From NCBI GenBank assembly GCA_047947115.1, contig CP170459.1, positions 2,080,001 to 2,144,000 of the forward strand: a stretch of DNA of 64,000 bases, read 5' to 3'. Every line of letters begins with the position of its first letter. Within the stretch, counting starts at the first letter, position 1. Shown here in pieces: positions 1 to 8,722 of the stretch. The notes under the pieces are model-generated. The model ran no database searches. It was not told the origin of the DNA and worked only from the letters and a program-made list of their open reading frames with translations. The DNA is from Verrucomicrobiota bacterium. GTDB lineage: Bacteria; Verrucomicrobiota; Verrucomicrobiia; Limisphaerales; AAA164-E04. Both the position numbers and the translations under genes were made by a program.

Positions 1-1830
1 GATGTCCCACATAAAGGGTTGGATGCCGAGGAATGAGTAGACTTTGAACTCGTGGTGGATGACATACCCGGCTATGTAAAGAATCAGGTGGGTACCGCAT
101 CCTCCCAGCATCCCGGCAATGATGCCTGTCCGTGTGACTTTCGGCCAGTAAAGTGCGAGGGCCATGGGGATCAGGAAGCAACCCGCCAGTCCTCCGGTTG
201 CAAAGACAATCAGGTTCTGCAGGTACTTCGGCGGATTCAATACGGCCAATACCGCGGCGAGACCGATCAGGGTTGTTACCAGATAGGTCAGCCATTTGAT
301 CGCTTTTTCTTTGGCGTTGGGATTGATGTGGTGTTGGTAAACATCGCGCACCACCCCGGATGAGACCATCAACAGAAAACTGTCCACACTACTCATCACT
401 GCCGCAAATGGAGCTGCAACAATGAGTCCGGTCAACCAGGGCATGCCGGCATTGACCGAGAGGGTGCGGGCCATTTCAGGCATGATTCGATCGGGGTCTA
501 TTTCCATGCCGGGCAGAATCACCCGCGCACAGCAGAATATTATGATCAATGGGAAATAAATGGCGGTGTAGTAAAGCGACACCACAATGATGGAGCGTTT
601 GAGGACCCGGCTGTCGGTGAAGGCCATTTGGCGCACCATGTTGCTGGGCTGGCCTGCCCCGCCAAAAGCCCAGAAAACAAAGAAACTGAATGCCATGCCC
701 AGAGAGAGAAAACCCACGTCTTCCTTGGGGTGTGGGCCGGGAGGTCGGACGTAAACACCTGTTTGCCCTGCGCCGCTGGCATAAGGCGTATTGGACACCA
801 GTGTCACGGTTCCCCATTCTGAGAGGTTCAGCGATTGGTCGATGATTTTTTGTGGTGGATCCGGTTGGATCAGGACTTCCACTCCTTTCAGGTCAGCTTG
901 ACCTGCTTTCAGAATGGTATGATCTGCCACGCGAAGAATCTGATTGTCAGATGATTTAATCCAAACGCCTTTGGGAAGAGCCACGTCCTCTTCCAAAGGT
1001 GATTTCCATTGAATATCCACTTTCCCCATTTGAGGAGGTTCCATTTTTGCCAATTCCACTGTGGCTTTGCTGAGACCTCCCACCTGGCTCAATACCAGCA
1101 CAAGCATGACCATGACTCCGATCACCATGACAATGCCTTGCATCACATCGGTCCAGACGACGGCACGAAAACCGCCGTAAGTCGTGTAAACAATGACGGT
1201 GCCTGCAAACAGGATCAGGCAAAGCAGGTAATCGGCGTCGGTTGCCTGCGTCAGGGCAAATTGACCTTTCCACCCGGCTACCCAGTTCACCGCGGTTTGA
1301 AAGGAATCGATATCCTTCAACAAAGTGGCAAGAATTTCGCTGCCGGCTTTGAATTGGGCCAACAGATAAAAGAACATGAAGAAAGTTAACAATCCTGTAG
1401 CTACCAATCCGACGGAAGGACTGCCGAAACGTTCCCTCAGGATGTCGGGAACAGTCACGGCATTGGCCTTTCTTGAAACCTGGTTCAGTCGTTTGGCAAG
1501 TAGTCCTGTCGTGACCAAAGGAACGATCATGTAACTCGCGATCCAAAGGGCGAGGATCCACCCGTGCGTATAGATCAACGCAGGGAACCCCATAAAACTT
1601 CCGCCCGACGCATTGGTGGCGGCAAACGTGAGGGCAAAGGCCCACATGCCCAGTCCTCGACTGCCGAGAAAGTATTCACTGACGAATTCCTTTTTGGAAC
1701 TACGCACCCTGCCGGCCAACCAGGCAAGCCCGAACACCAGGAGCATGTAAGCAAAGAAACTTCCGAGGGCGGCGTTCTGGCCCTGGGAGTTTCCAATGGC
1801 GTTTTGGATGAGGTTTTCTAGAGATTGCAT
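1..1830 (-). CDS. Sodium:solute symporter (SSS family, PanF/PutP-like), 3' end truncated by window edge
   Basis: Not in the ORF track. Manual translation from the ATG at 1830 gives MQSLENLIQ...EYFLGSRGLGMWAFALTFAATNASGGSFMGFP...YTTYGGFRAVVWTDVMQG...AAVMSSVDSFLL, which are SSS signature segments. It lies directly downstream of a YhdT-like gene, as in yhdT-panF. Confidence 0.9.
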   Translation of the reverse strand, partial: MQSLENLIQNAIGNSQGQNAALGSFFAYMLLVFGLAWLAGRVRSSKKEFVSEYFLGSRGLGMWAFALTFAATNASGGSFMGFPALIYTHGWILALWIASYMIVPLVTTGLLAKRLNQVSRKANAVTVPDILRERFGSPSVGLVATGLLTFFMFFYLLAQFKAGSEILATLLKDIDSFQTAVNWVAGWKGQFALTQATDADYLLCLILFAGTVIVYTTYGGFRAVVWTDVMQGIVMVIGVMVMLVLVLSQVGGLSKATVELAKMEPPQMGKVDIQWKSPLEEDVALPKGVWIKSSDNQILRVADHTILKAGQADLKGVEVLIQPDPPQKIIDQSLNLSEWGTVTLVSNTPYASGAGQTGVYVRPPGPHPKEDVGFLSLGMAFSFFVFWAFGGAGQPSNMVRQMAFTDSRVLKRSIIVVSLYYTAIYFPLIIIFCCARVILPGMEIDPDRIMPEMARTLSVNAGMPWLTGLIVAAPFAAVMSSVDSFLLMVSSGVVRDVYQHHINPNAKEKAIKWLTYLVTTLIGLAAVLAVLNPPKYLQNLIVFATGGLAGCFLIPMALALYWPKVTRTGIIAGMLGGCGTHLILYIAGYVIHHEFKVYSFLGIQPFMWDI

Positions 1831-1856
1831 GGGGTGTTTGCCGAGCCTTGCATGGG

Positions 1857-2171
1857 TCAATCTTGTTCCTCGGAGTTGGACTGGGAGGGATCTTCCAGCG
1901 GATCATCCTTCATGAATTTTGAAGCAAACCCGATGATCACGATATTTGCTCCCAGCCAGGGAACGGCAATGCCCCAGAACACCCACTTTGGAAATCCGAG
2001 TATGATTTCTGTCGGAGTATCTTGAGCGGCACCATAGCCCAGCCAGGCGGATATGCCGACCACCCACAGTGCAAATGCCGCCCATATGATGAGTATCCAG
2101 AATGTTTCGCGTTTGGAGTTTAGAAATACCGGGTCAATGGATTTAGGCGAATGATGAGGCATGGGATACAA
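1857..2171 (-). CDS. YhdT/DUF997 family small membrane protein
   Basis: 104 aa with two TM segments, 'ILGFPKWVFWG' motif and acidic 'MKDDPLE' tail; sits directly upstream of the SSS gene. Confidence 0.8.
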   Translation of the reverse strand: MYPMPHHSPKSIDPVFLNSKRETFWILIIWAAFALWVVGISAWLGYGAAQDTPTEIILGFPKWVFWGIAVPWLGANIVIIGFASKFMKDDPLEDPSQSNSEEQD

Positions 2172-2177
2172 TTCGAA

Positions 2178-3323
2178 TCAAGGTTTCCAAATGGGCGTTT
2201 TAACTGAATACGCGAAGGATTCTCCACTCCAGTTCAACTCGGTGGTTTTCTCCCTCTCCATGGTTTGCATGTGGTTGATCAAGGTCTTCCATAGCAGTGT
2301 CCGTTCAAGTGGCCAGGCTGCCTCCTTGCCTTCCAGGAAAGGGATGATGCGTTCCATCAGGCGACTGTATTGGTGGTCGTTGGGTTTTGGTGGGCGATAA
2401 AATTGTGCCGACACCATATTGCCGTCCTTGGTTTGCGCCGCAAAATGATCGTCGTTCAGGACTCCGTCCATGGTGATGACCGTTGATTTCAATCCATCGT
2501 TATGCTCCAGGATCCAGGCTCGCGTTCCTTTTGCCATGTTGGGAATCATGCCCAGACCGACAATATCCTGAGTGCGCCCGTCGCTGGTTGCGTCGCCCAG
2601 TTTGCTGTTGGTGCGGGAGACGGCTGCAGAGAAAACGTCCCAGGAAAATTTCCCCTCGCGTGCCGCTTTCCAGACTTGGGCGCCTTCGAGGCGTTTGATG
2701 TTTGCGATACCGGATTCGCCGCCTCTCCGATGGGCGGTCAGTGCGAGTAATGCGTCGAGACCTTCCTGTTCGGCGTAGGGAAATGCTCCCCTCACTAAAA
2801 CGACCACTTCCTTCAAGTCGGCGCCGACCGGAATATTCCGTTCCGGCAAACGCCAGGTCCAGGGCAAGGGGGTGCTGAATTGAACTTGCATACGACTTTC
2901 TTTGACAAAGGAGGACATCACTTCTTGTGAAAGCCCTCCGGACGGACCCACAACCCAGCCTGGTTTGCTGGAGCCGTATTTGTCCGCAATTGAATGCGTA
3001 TACTGGGAACAGCACGCCCAACTGTCTTCTATGCCCGGCGCCAGAATCCAACAGTCGGCTTCCTCCAAGACATCTTTCATATCGTCGTGGATGACCAGTT
3101 TGGGAGTCCCTTTTCTGCTTTCCAATAGTTGCTTACGGGAAAGTCCGTGAACGAGAACAGATTCAAAAGGCGACTCAAAAAAACGACCTTCAGACGGCCA
3201 ACCCGTGAGGCAACGATCCAGGAGTTGTTGAGCGGGTGTATTCTGGTCGAGATAGACGCTTATTAATCCAAGTTTTTTCATGCTGACTGTTTTCTTTGTT
3301 GCATGTTGCCTGCTCTTATCCAC
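2178..3323 (-). CDS. Conserved PVC hypothetical protein; degenerate paralog of the upstream Tat protein
   Basis: Shares LPxTWRxP, RRxGGExG, EHNDGxK and PxERTLL blocks with 3316..4638. Its GTG start abuts the upstream stop; alternative ATG at 3281. Confidence 0.75.
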   Translation of the reverse strand: MDKSRQHATKKTVSMKKLGLISVYLDQNTPAQQLLDRCLTGWPSEGRFFESPFESVLVHGLSRKQLLESRKGTPKLVIHDDMKDVLEEADCWILAPGIEDSWACCSQYTHSIADKYGSSKPGWVVGPSGGLSQEVMSSFVKESRMQVQFSTPLPWTWRLPERNIPVGADLKEVVVLVRGAFPYAEQEGLDALLALTAHRRGGESGIANIKRLEGAQVWKAAREGKFSWDVFSAAVSRTNSKLGDATSDGRTQDIVGLGMIPNMAKGTRAWILEHNDGLKSTVITMDGVLNDDHFAAQTKDGNMVSAQFYRPPKPNDHQYSRLMERIIPFLEGKEAAWPLERTLLWKTLINHMQTMEREKTTELNWSGESFAYSVKTPIWKP

Positions 3324-4638
3324 GCCAATAAGTGGATAAAGGTTCGACCTGATATTGGACGTCCAGTTCCGGTGTGTTCAGTTTGACCTCTCCTCTGTAA
3401 AGCGATTCCACTCCGAACAAAGTCATGCCTGATGTCAGTAAAGTGCGTTCCGGCGGATAGGTCGCCTTGCCGGACAGAATGGTTTCTTCAATGCGATGGG
3501 AGAGGGGATTGAAGAAATCAGCTGTGGTGGTTTGTCTTGGAGGCATGGGAAGGTGCATTTGGCAGGAGGTGATCTTGCCATTGCCCATCATGCCGGCGTA
3601 AGTGAAATCCAATACGAGACCGTTCAACATGAACAATGTGGTTTTGAATCCATCGTTGTGTTCAATGAAATACGCAACGGCACCCGGGCTGGCTTGTTGT
3701 ATCCAGTCCAATGTAGGAGGTTTGAATGACCATTCATTGGGCGCCTTGCATTGGTGGCTGCGAGCTAGCGCGGCCATTAAAAGTTCGCGTGTAGAGTCCC
3801 GTTTCTCCAGCAATGGCCAGATATCAGCTCCACGCACTGCGTGAACGGATTTGACGCCAGTTTCGCCTCCGGCTCTCCGTTCGGACATGCACTGTGCGGT
3901 TTCCAAACCGTGAATGTCATAAGAATCGATACCGCCGTAACACACGCTGACGCTCTCATGCAGGTCGGCATTCCAGGGAATGTCCACCGACGGAATCCTC
4001 CAGGTGACCGGCAAGGATGAACCAGCCAGGAAGGCAAAATCGAGTCGTTTGGAATCTTCTACCATCTCGACACATTCATTCCAATCGGTAGAAAGATGTT
4101 TGTCGTTGAACACCGGAACAGATCGTCCGCTGCTTTCGAACACCTCGATCATCTCCTTGAAAAACCGGTAACGAGGATAACGTTTTTGACCTTTGTCGTT
4201 GTTTGGGTAGTCCCCGTGTTCGGCGATGATGATCACACCATCGACATCCAGCTTGTTGCCTCCCTGCGTCAATGCCTCGGCAATGGTGGGGTAGATGGGA
4301 ACTCCATGGCGTCGTTCACGGTCCCTCGCGAGGTCGGTCTCGGGAAACTGGTCGACATAGAGCGAGGTCAGCTTGATGCGCGGATAGTAATGTTCCCCAT
4401 GCCAACCGTAGCCTTCCAGTAATCGGTCGATAAAATGTTGGGCATGACTGTGCCTGCGCACCTCCGTGGCCAGCAATGCCACTCGGGGCGGGTTGCTGGG
4501 GTCCGGGTGCGATTTGCTGAACGCCGCGGACAATTGACCACAACCAGCCGCAACACTGGTCAGGGACAACGTTTTCAAGAACGTCCGACGATTCCACAAC
4601 GTGGAAGCCTGGTCTGAATATGGTATTGGATCATTCAT
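3316..4638 (-). CDS. Tat-exported conserved PVC protein, probable Gfo/Idh/MocA-like oxidoreductase fold
   Basis: Start moved to ATG 4638 (MNDPIP) to avoid overlap with the divergent gene. Twin-arginine NRRTFLK signal; VDGVIIIAEHG, NDKHLS and YDIHGLE motifs occupy positions like the Gfo/Idh/MocA EKP and DxGxH motifs (fold is inference). Confidence 0.7.
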   Translation of the reverse strand: MNDPIPYSDQASTLWNRRTFLKTLSLTSVAAGCGQLSAAFSKSHPDPSNPPRVALLATEVRRHSHAQHFIDRLLEGYGWHGEHYYPRIKLTSLYVDQFPETDLARDRERRHGVPIYPTIAEALTQGGNKLDVDGVIIIAEHGDYPNNDKGQKRYPRYRFFKEMIEVFESSGRSVPVFNDKHLSTDWNECVEMVEDSKRLDFAFLAGSSLPVTWRIPSVDIPWNADLHESVSVCYGGIDSYDIHGLETAQCMSERRAGGETGVKSVHAVRGADIWPLLEKRDSTRELLMAALARSHQCKAPNEWSFKPPTLDWIQQASPGAVAYFIEHNDGFKTTLFMLNGLVLDFTYAGMMGNGKITSCQMHLPMPPRQTTTADFFNPLSHRIEETILSGKATYPPERTLLTSGMTLFGVESLYRGEVKLNTPELDVQYQVEPLSTYWRG

Positions 4639-4773
4639 GAGCCGAAAGTCGGTTCTTGTCTGGGATGTGTCCGGATAGTGCCTTGATAAGAGGGAAACGT
4701 CAATCGGAATGGGGCGGTGGCTGTCCAAACTATTTCCTTTCAAATTTTTCTCATGCTCGTAGGTTTCAATGCC

Positions 4774-6138
4774 ATGAAAAATCACCGCCATGATGCATTG
4801 CTCATCCGCCTTTGCTGTATGTTGTTTGTTTTTGTTTTCGTTGCAAAAGCTGAAGACTGGCCAAGGTTTCTTGGACCCACAGCGGATTGTATCTCTACTG
4901 AAACCGGTCTGCTGGATGAATGGCCCGAGCAAGGCCCGCCCCGAATCTGGAATAAGGAAATCGGCACCGGATACAGCGCACCTTCCGTCAAAGATGGAAG
5001 GTTGGTGCTGCATCATCGGCTCGGTGATGAAGAAATTGTTGAAGCCATGGATCCTTTGAATGGAGAAACGATGTGGAAGCACTCTTATCCTTCCAGCTAC
5101 AGAGATCCCTATGGTTACAACAATGGGCCACGTTGTTCGCCCTTATTGACGGAAGATCGTTGTTATGTTTTTGGCGCGGAAGGCAAATTGCTTTGTTTGA
5201 ATGTTCAGACGGGAGAAAACGTATGGATGAGAGACGTTTCCAAGGATTTTCAAATTCCCAACGCATTCTTCGGAGTGGGCAGTACTCCGCTGTTGGAAGA
5301 GGATAAATTAATCGTCATGGTTGGGGGGCAGCCCAATTCCGGCGTGGTTGCCTTCGATGCATCTACCGGCAGAACAATTTGGGAAAGTGTGGGTAAGGAC
5401 ACATGGGATGGCGAACGGAAAACCGGATGGCGTGGGGAACCGTTCATCCAGTGGCAGGGACTCGAGAAACAAGCATCCTACGCTTCCCCCGTGGCGGCCA
5501 CGATACACGGGAAACGTCATGTGCTGTGTTTCATGCGTCAGGGTTTGGTTTCGTTGGATCCTGAAACAGGTAAGGAAAACTTTCATTATTGGTTTCGGGC
5601 GACGGTCAATGAAAGCGTCAACGCCATGAATCCGGTGGTTTCCGGTGATACCATTTTGATTTCGGCTGCTTACTATCGAGTGGGATCGGTGTTGCTGAGG
5701 GTGGCCCCGGACGGAAGGTCGGTGGATCAGGTGTGGCGTTCGTTGGCCTTGGAAGTGCATTGGACCACGCCGGTCCTGCTGGACGGAAACCTGTATGCTT
5801 TCAGCGGGCGCAACGAACCGGATGCACGTTTTCGTTGTGTGGAGATGGCAACCGGCAAAGTGCACTGGGATCAGGACGAAAGCTGGCGCAAGAGTTACTC
5901 AGGACCGCCCGAAAAATATGGACGTGGTTCCGCCGTCTATGCCGATGGAAAACTCATCGTCATGGGGGAAGCCGGACAACTGGGTTTGTTCAAACCCAAC
6001 ACAACCGAACCCACCGAGATCAGCAAAATCCAGGTGCCCGAAATGAAGTATCCCTGCTGGACCGCCCCGGTGTTGTCTGATAAGAAGCTTTACCTCCGAT
6101 GTGAGGATCGCCTGATTTGTTATGATCTGAAAGAGTAG
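4774..6138 (+). CDS. PQQ-binding-like (BamB-like) beta-propeller protein, secreted
   Basis: Signal peptide, then AEDWPRFLGP, GYSAP, repeated TGxxxW blades and C-terminal WTAPVLSDKKLYLR; common PVC family. Confidence 0.85.
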   Translation: MKNHRHDALLIRLCCMLFVFVFVAKAEDWPRFLGPTADCISTETGLLDEWPEQGPPRIWNKEIGTGYSAPSVKDGRLVLHHRLGDEEIVEAMDPLNGETMWKHSYPSSYRDPYGYNNGPRCSPLLTEDRCYVFGAEGKLLCLNVQTGENVWMRDVSKDFQIPNAFFGVGSTPLLEEDKLIVMVGGQPNSGVVAFDASTGRTIWESVGKDTWDGERKTGWRGEPFIQWQGLEKQASYASPVAATIHGKRHVLCFMRQGLVSLDPETGKENFHYWFRATVNESVNAMNPVVSGDTILISAAYYRVGSVLLRVAPDGRSVDQVWRSLALEVHWTTPVLLDGNLYAFSGRNEPDARFRCVEMATGKVHWDQDESWRKSYSGPPEKYGRGSAVYADGKLIVMGEAGQLGLFKPNTTEPTEISKIQVPEMKYPCWTAPVLSDKKLYLRCEDRLICYDLKE

Positions 6139-6487
6139 ATGCGTAAGGGTTCGCACATCAGGAGTCCGGTTTCATTATACTCCCCGATGGTAGGATTACG
6201 CCAAGCGCCCTCTGGAGTGCGGTGTGCAGCACCGCTCTGGATACCATAGGTCAAGGTTGCATCACCCTTACCACTCAGAACCAGTGCCATGTTCACCTCC
6301 TGCACCACAAACGGGGCTAATCGATCGGAGATTTGGGGGGATACTTGGCGAAATAAGCCTGTTGGACATGCAAAGCGTATACAAAGTAGTTCCGCTTTAT
6401 CGGAACACGTATTCTATAAAAGTAAGATGCTTGTAATGCGCTTGCCAAGTGATGATAGTGGAGTAAGTTGGTTCCCATTGTCGACTT

Positions 6488-7828
6488 ATGAAACGTCCTT
6501 TATATCTCAGGCTTGTTTGGTGGATTGCTGTTGTGCTTTTTCTGGCGCTTGGGGTTAAAGCTCTCCATAAAGCAAACCAGTCACCCTTTGGGCGCATTCA
6601 GGTAGGGAGGCCGATTCAAGCAGGGGTGATCGACCCTCAAGTAGTGGTGCATAGCAAATTCGTTGTATTTCTTTCTCCCGAACGCGAGTTGTATGTTTGG
6701 GGAGGGATTTCGGAGCATGACTCCACATTTGAGGTTTTGACGGGATACACCAGGCCTTCACTTGTTCCAATCCCGATTGCTCATGATTTTACCATTCGTC
6801 AAATAGTTGAATGTGACGCGCGCATCATTGCCTTATTGGATGATGGAACCATCCGTGTTTTTGGAGATCGTGTTGTTCGCAACAATCAAGTAGACCGAAA
6901 CCCTTATCAACCGTTTTCAGATTCCGGTTTCGTCGATATTTCCGCCGGAATCAACCATGTCGTCGGTTTGAAAGAAGATGGGACCATTTGGGCTTGGGGC
7001 AACAATGATTGGGATCAATTGGGGCAGGGACGGGCCAGAGATGAAGGGCTTCCTTATCCAAAAAAATCCTCGGCGCCTTTACGGGTTGGATTGGGCACCG
7101 ACTGGGCACAGGTAAAAACCATCCATTCGGAAACATATGCTCTCAAGAAAGACGGATCCCTTTGGACTTGGGGCAACGAGCCCTATTCCAATCCTGCGCC
7201 AGGAAATCCCAATGAACGTCCGCTCCTGTTATCCGATAAGGCTGGGTGGGTAAAATTGGCTCCCAGTTATAGAATGGTTTTAGGTTTACATGAAGACGGT
7301 TCCTTGTGGCTTTACGGAAATAATGTGCCGCGAAATGAGTTTTGGGAGGAATACGAGTATGTTGCTTCAAAAGGTTTGGGAAGGTTGGGGAAAGATTCCG
7401 ATTGGGTGGACATCATGGCTGGCGAATACCATATGTTTGCCAAAAAGAAGGACGGTTCCTGGTGGGGGATGGGTAGCAATCAATACAATCAATTGGCCCT
7501 GGATCCTGAGACCAAATTCAAATCCGACTTTCCTGGTTTCGTGACCAAATGGGTGAAACTGCCTGATTCCATCGATCCTTGGGCGATCGGATTGGGACTT
7601 CAAAATACGGTTTTGCTGACACGTGATGGCCAGCTCTGGAACAGTGGACGCATTTTGGGGATACCTGAGCGCAAATCCGTCTGGAAGGACTTTGCCAATT
7701 CATTCAATCGAAACGTTCCCATACTAAGGTTGCCCGTCCGGCTGCCGGAGCACCATTCCGGATTTCACCGGATATGGAGTTGGCCTCCGAAACCTGAGGA
7801 GTCGTTTTATTTCGAAGACGGCGAATAG
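6488..7828 (+). CDS. RCC1/BLIP-II repeat beta-propeller protein with N-terminal membrane anchor
   Basis: ISAGINHVVGLKEDGTIWAWGNNDWDQLG, ALKKDGSLWTWG and KKDGSWWGMGSNQYNQL repeats. Confidence 0.85.
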   Translation: MKRPLYLRLVWWIAVVLFLALGVKALHKANQSPFGRIQVGRPIQAGVIDPQVVVHSKFVVFLSPERELYVWGGISEHDSTFEVLTGYTRPSLVPIPIAHDFTIRQIVECDARIIALLDDGTIRVFGDRVVRNNQVDRNPYQPFSDSGFVDISAGINHVVGLKEDGTIWAWGNNDWDQLGQGRARDEGLPYPKKSSAPLRVGLGTDWAQVKTIHSETYALKKDGSLWTWGNEPYSNPAPGNPNERPLLLSDKAGWVKLAPSYRMVLGLHEDGSLWLYGNNVPRNEFWEEYEYVASKGLGRLGKDSDWVDIMAGEYHMFAKKKDGSWWGMGSNQYNQLALDPETKFKSDFPGFVTKWVKLPDSIDPWAIGLGLQNTVLLTRDGQLWNSGRILGIPERKSVWKDFANSFNRNVPILRLPVRLPEHHSGFHRIWSWPPKPEESFYFEDGE

Positions 7829-7854
7829 TACATTCCAATCACTGGTTGGCAGAT

Positions 7855-8031
7855 TCAAAGTTTATCAGTGTCCACCCAGTTTGATGGATCCTTACACTGA
7901 CTGTTCTTACGAACTGTATTCCAGTAATCCTCATCAGATTCCAAATCGCGTTTGATCAAGTAAAACGAAAGTTCCTTTCTCTCATCTGGCGTCAAACTAT
8001 CGACCTTTTGTTTCAAATCTTCAGCAATCAT
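7855..8031 (-). CDS. 58-aa protein resembling addiction-module antitoxins
   Basis: Below the ORF-track cutoff. Manual translation: MIAEDLKQKVDSLTPDERKELSFYLIKRDLESDEDYWNTVRKNSQCKDPSNWVDTDKL*. The 'LxxxVxxLxPxERxEL' helix pattern resembles small TA antitoxins. Confidence 0.55.
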   Translation of the reverse strand: MIAEDLKQKVDSLTPDERKELSFYLIKRDLESDEDYWNTVRKNSQCKDPSNWVDTDKL

Positions 8032-8062
8032 TGCTTAATGACTATTTTGATGACAGAGGAAA

Positions 8063-8722
8063 TCAATGGGAAAGCGAAGTTCTGTAAGTCAAAGTCCAAT
8101 AATACTTGTAGCATTGAACCGTTGCATCCGTTGAGATTCCTTCGACTGCTTTCAGGAGTTCGGATTCGGTGGGGAAGTTCTTCATGATTTCGTGTTTGCT
8201 TCCGTTTTCCAACCGGCGGGTTTGGTAGGTGTTGCCGATCGAATCAGTTCTGGATATGGGGGTGCTGCTGCCTTCTGCGAAGACGTTGTCCATGCAAACA
8301 ACGATGGAGCCCGGTTTCAATGCGCTGTGAAAACTGCTCAAGAACTTTTGGATGTCGGGCTTCGAAATGTGGGACCAAAGAAAGCCAGCCAAACCCGCAG
8401 TGAAAGGTTGAGGAGGGAGGGGCAGGTTGAAGGCATCCTGGCAGTCGAATTTTACATGTGCGCCCAGTTTTCTTGTTCGCGCCATTTCCAAGGTGGCTTC
8501 AGTTCGGTCCTTGGCCCAGATGCTTGTGGCTGTTTTTGCAACGTATTGGGTCCAATAGCCAGTGCCGCAAGCTACTTCACATACGCGTTCATTCCGGAAG
8601 GTTTCCTCGATGAATGTTCTCAGTATCTGCAGTTCCGATTGGCGTTCGGGTTTGTCATAAATCCGATCATACTCGCGTGCACGAGCCGCGTAATATTGAA
8701 TCATGGATGAAGCTGTGGTCAT
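8063..8722 (-). CDS. Class I SAM-dependent methyltransferase
   Basis: YYAARAREYD start, EVACGTGYWT motif I, ALKPG post-motif; ATGA overlap with the upstream cusA-like stop. Confidence 0.88.
   Translation of the reverse strand: MTTASSMIQYYAARAREYDRIYDKPERQSELQILRTFIEETFRNERVCEVACGTGYWTQYVAKTATSIWAKDRTEATLEMARTRKLGAHVKFDCQDAFNLPLPPQPFTAGLAGFLWSHISKPDIQKFLSSFHSALKPGSIVVCMDNVFAEGSSTPISRTDSIGNTYQTRRLENGSKHEIMKNFPTESELLKAVEGISTDATVQCYKYYWTLTYRTSLSH

Noticed and set aside
4639..5082. N-terminal extension of the 588-aa minus-strand ORF
   Set aside because: Overlaps the divergent PQQ-like gene; the Tat signal supports a start at 4638.
6214..6240. GCGGTG/CACCGC hairpin sharing AGCACCGCTCTGG with repeat unit B (48261-48273)
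   Set aside because: A 13-nt match is expected by chance somewhere in 64 kb and the other two hairpins of the unit are absent; it may be an unrelated single REP.
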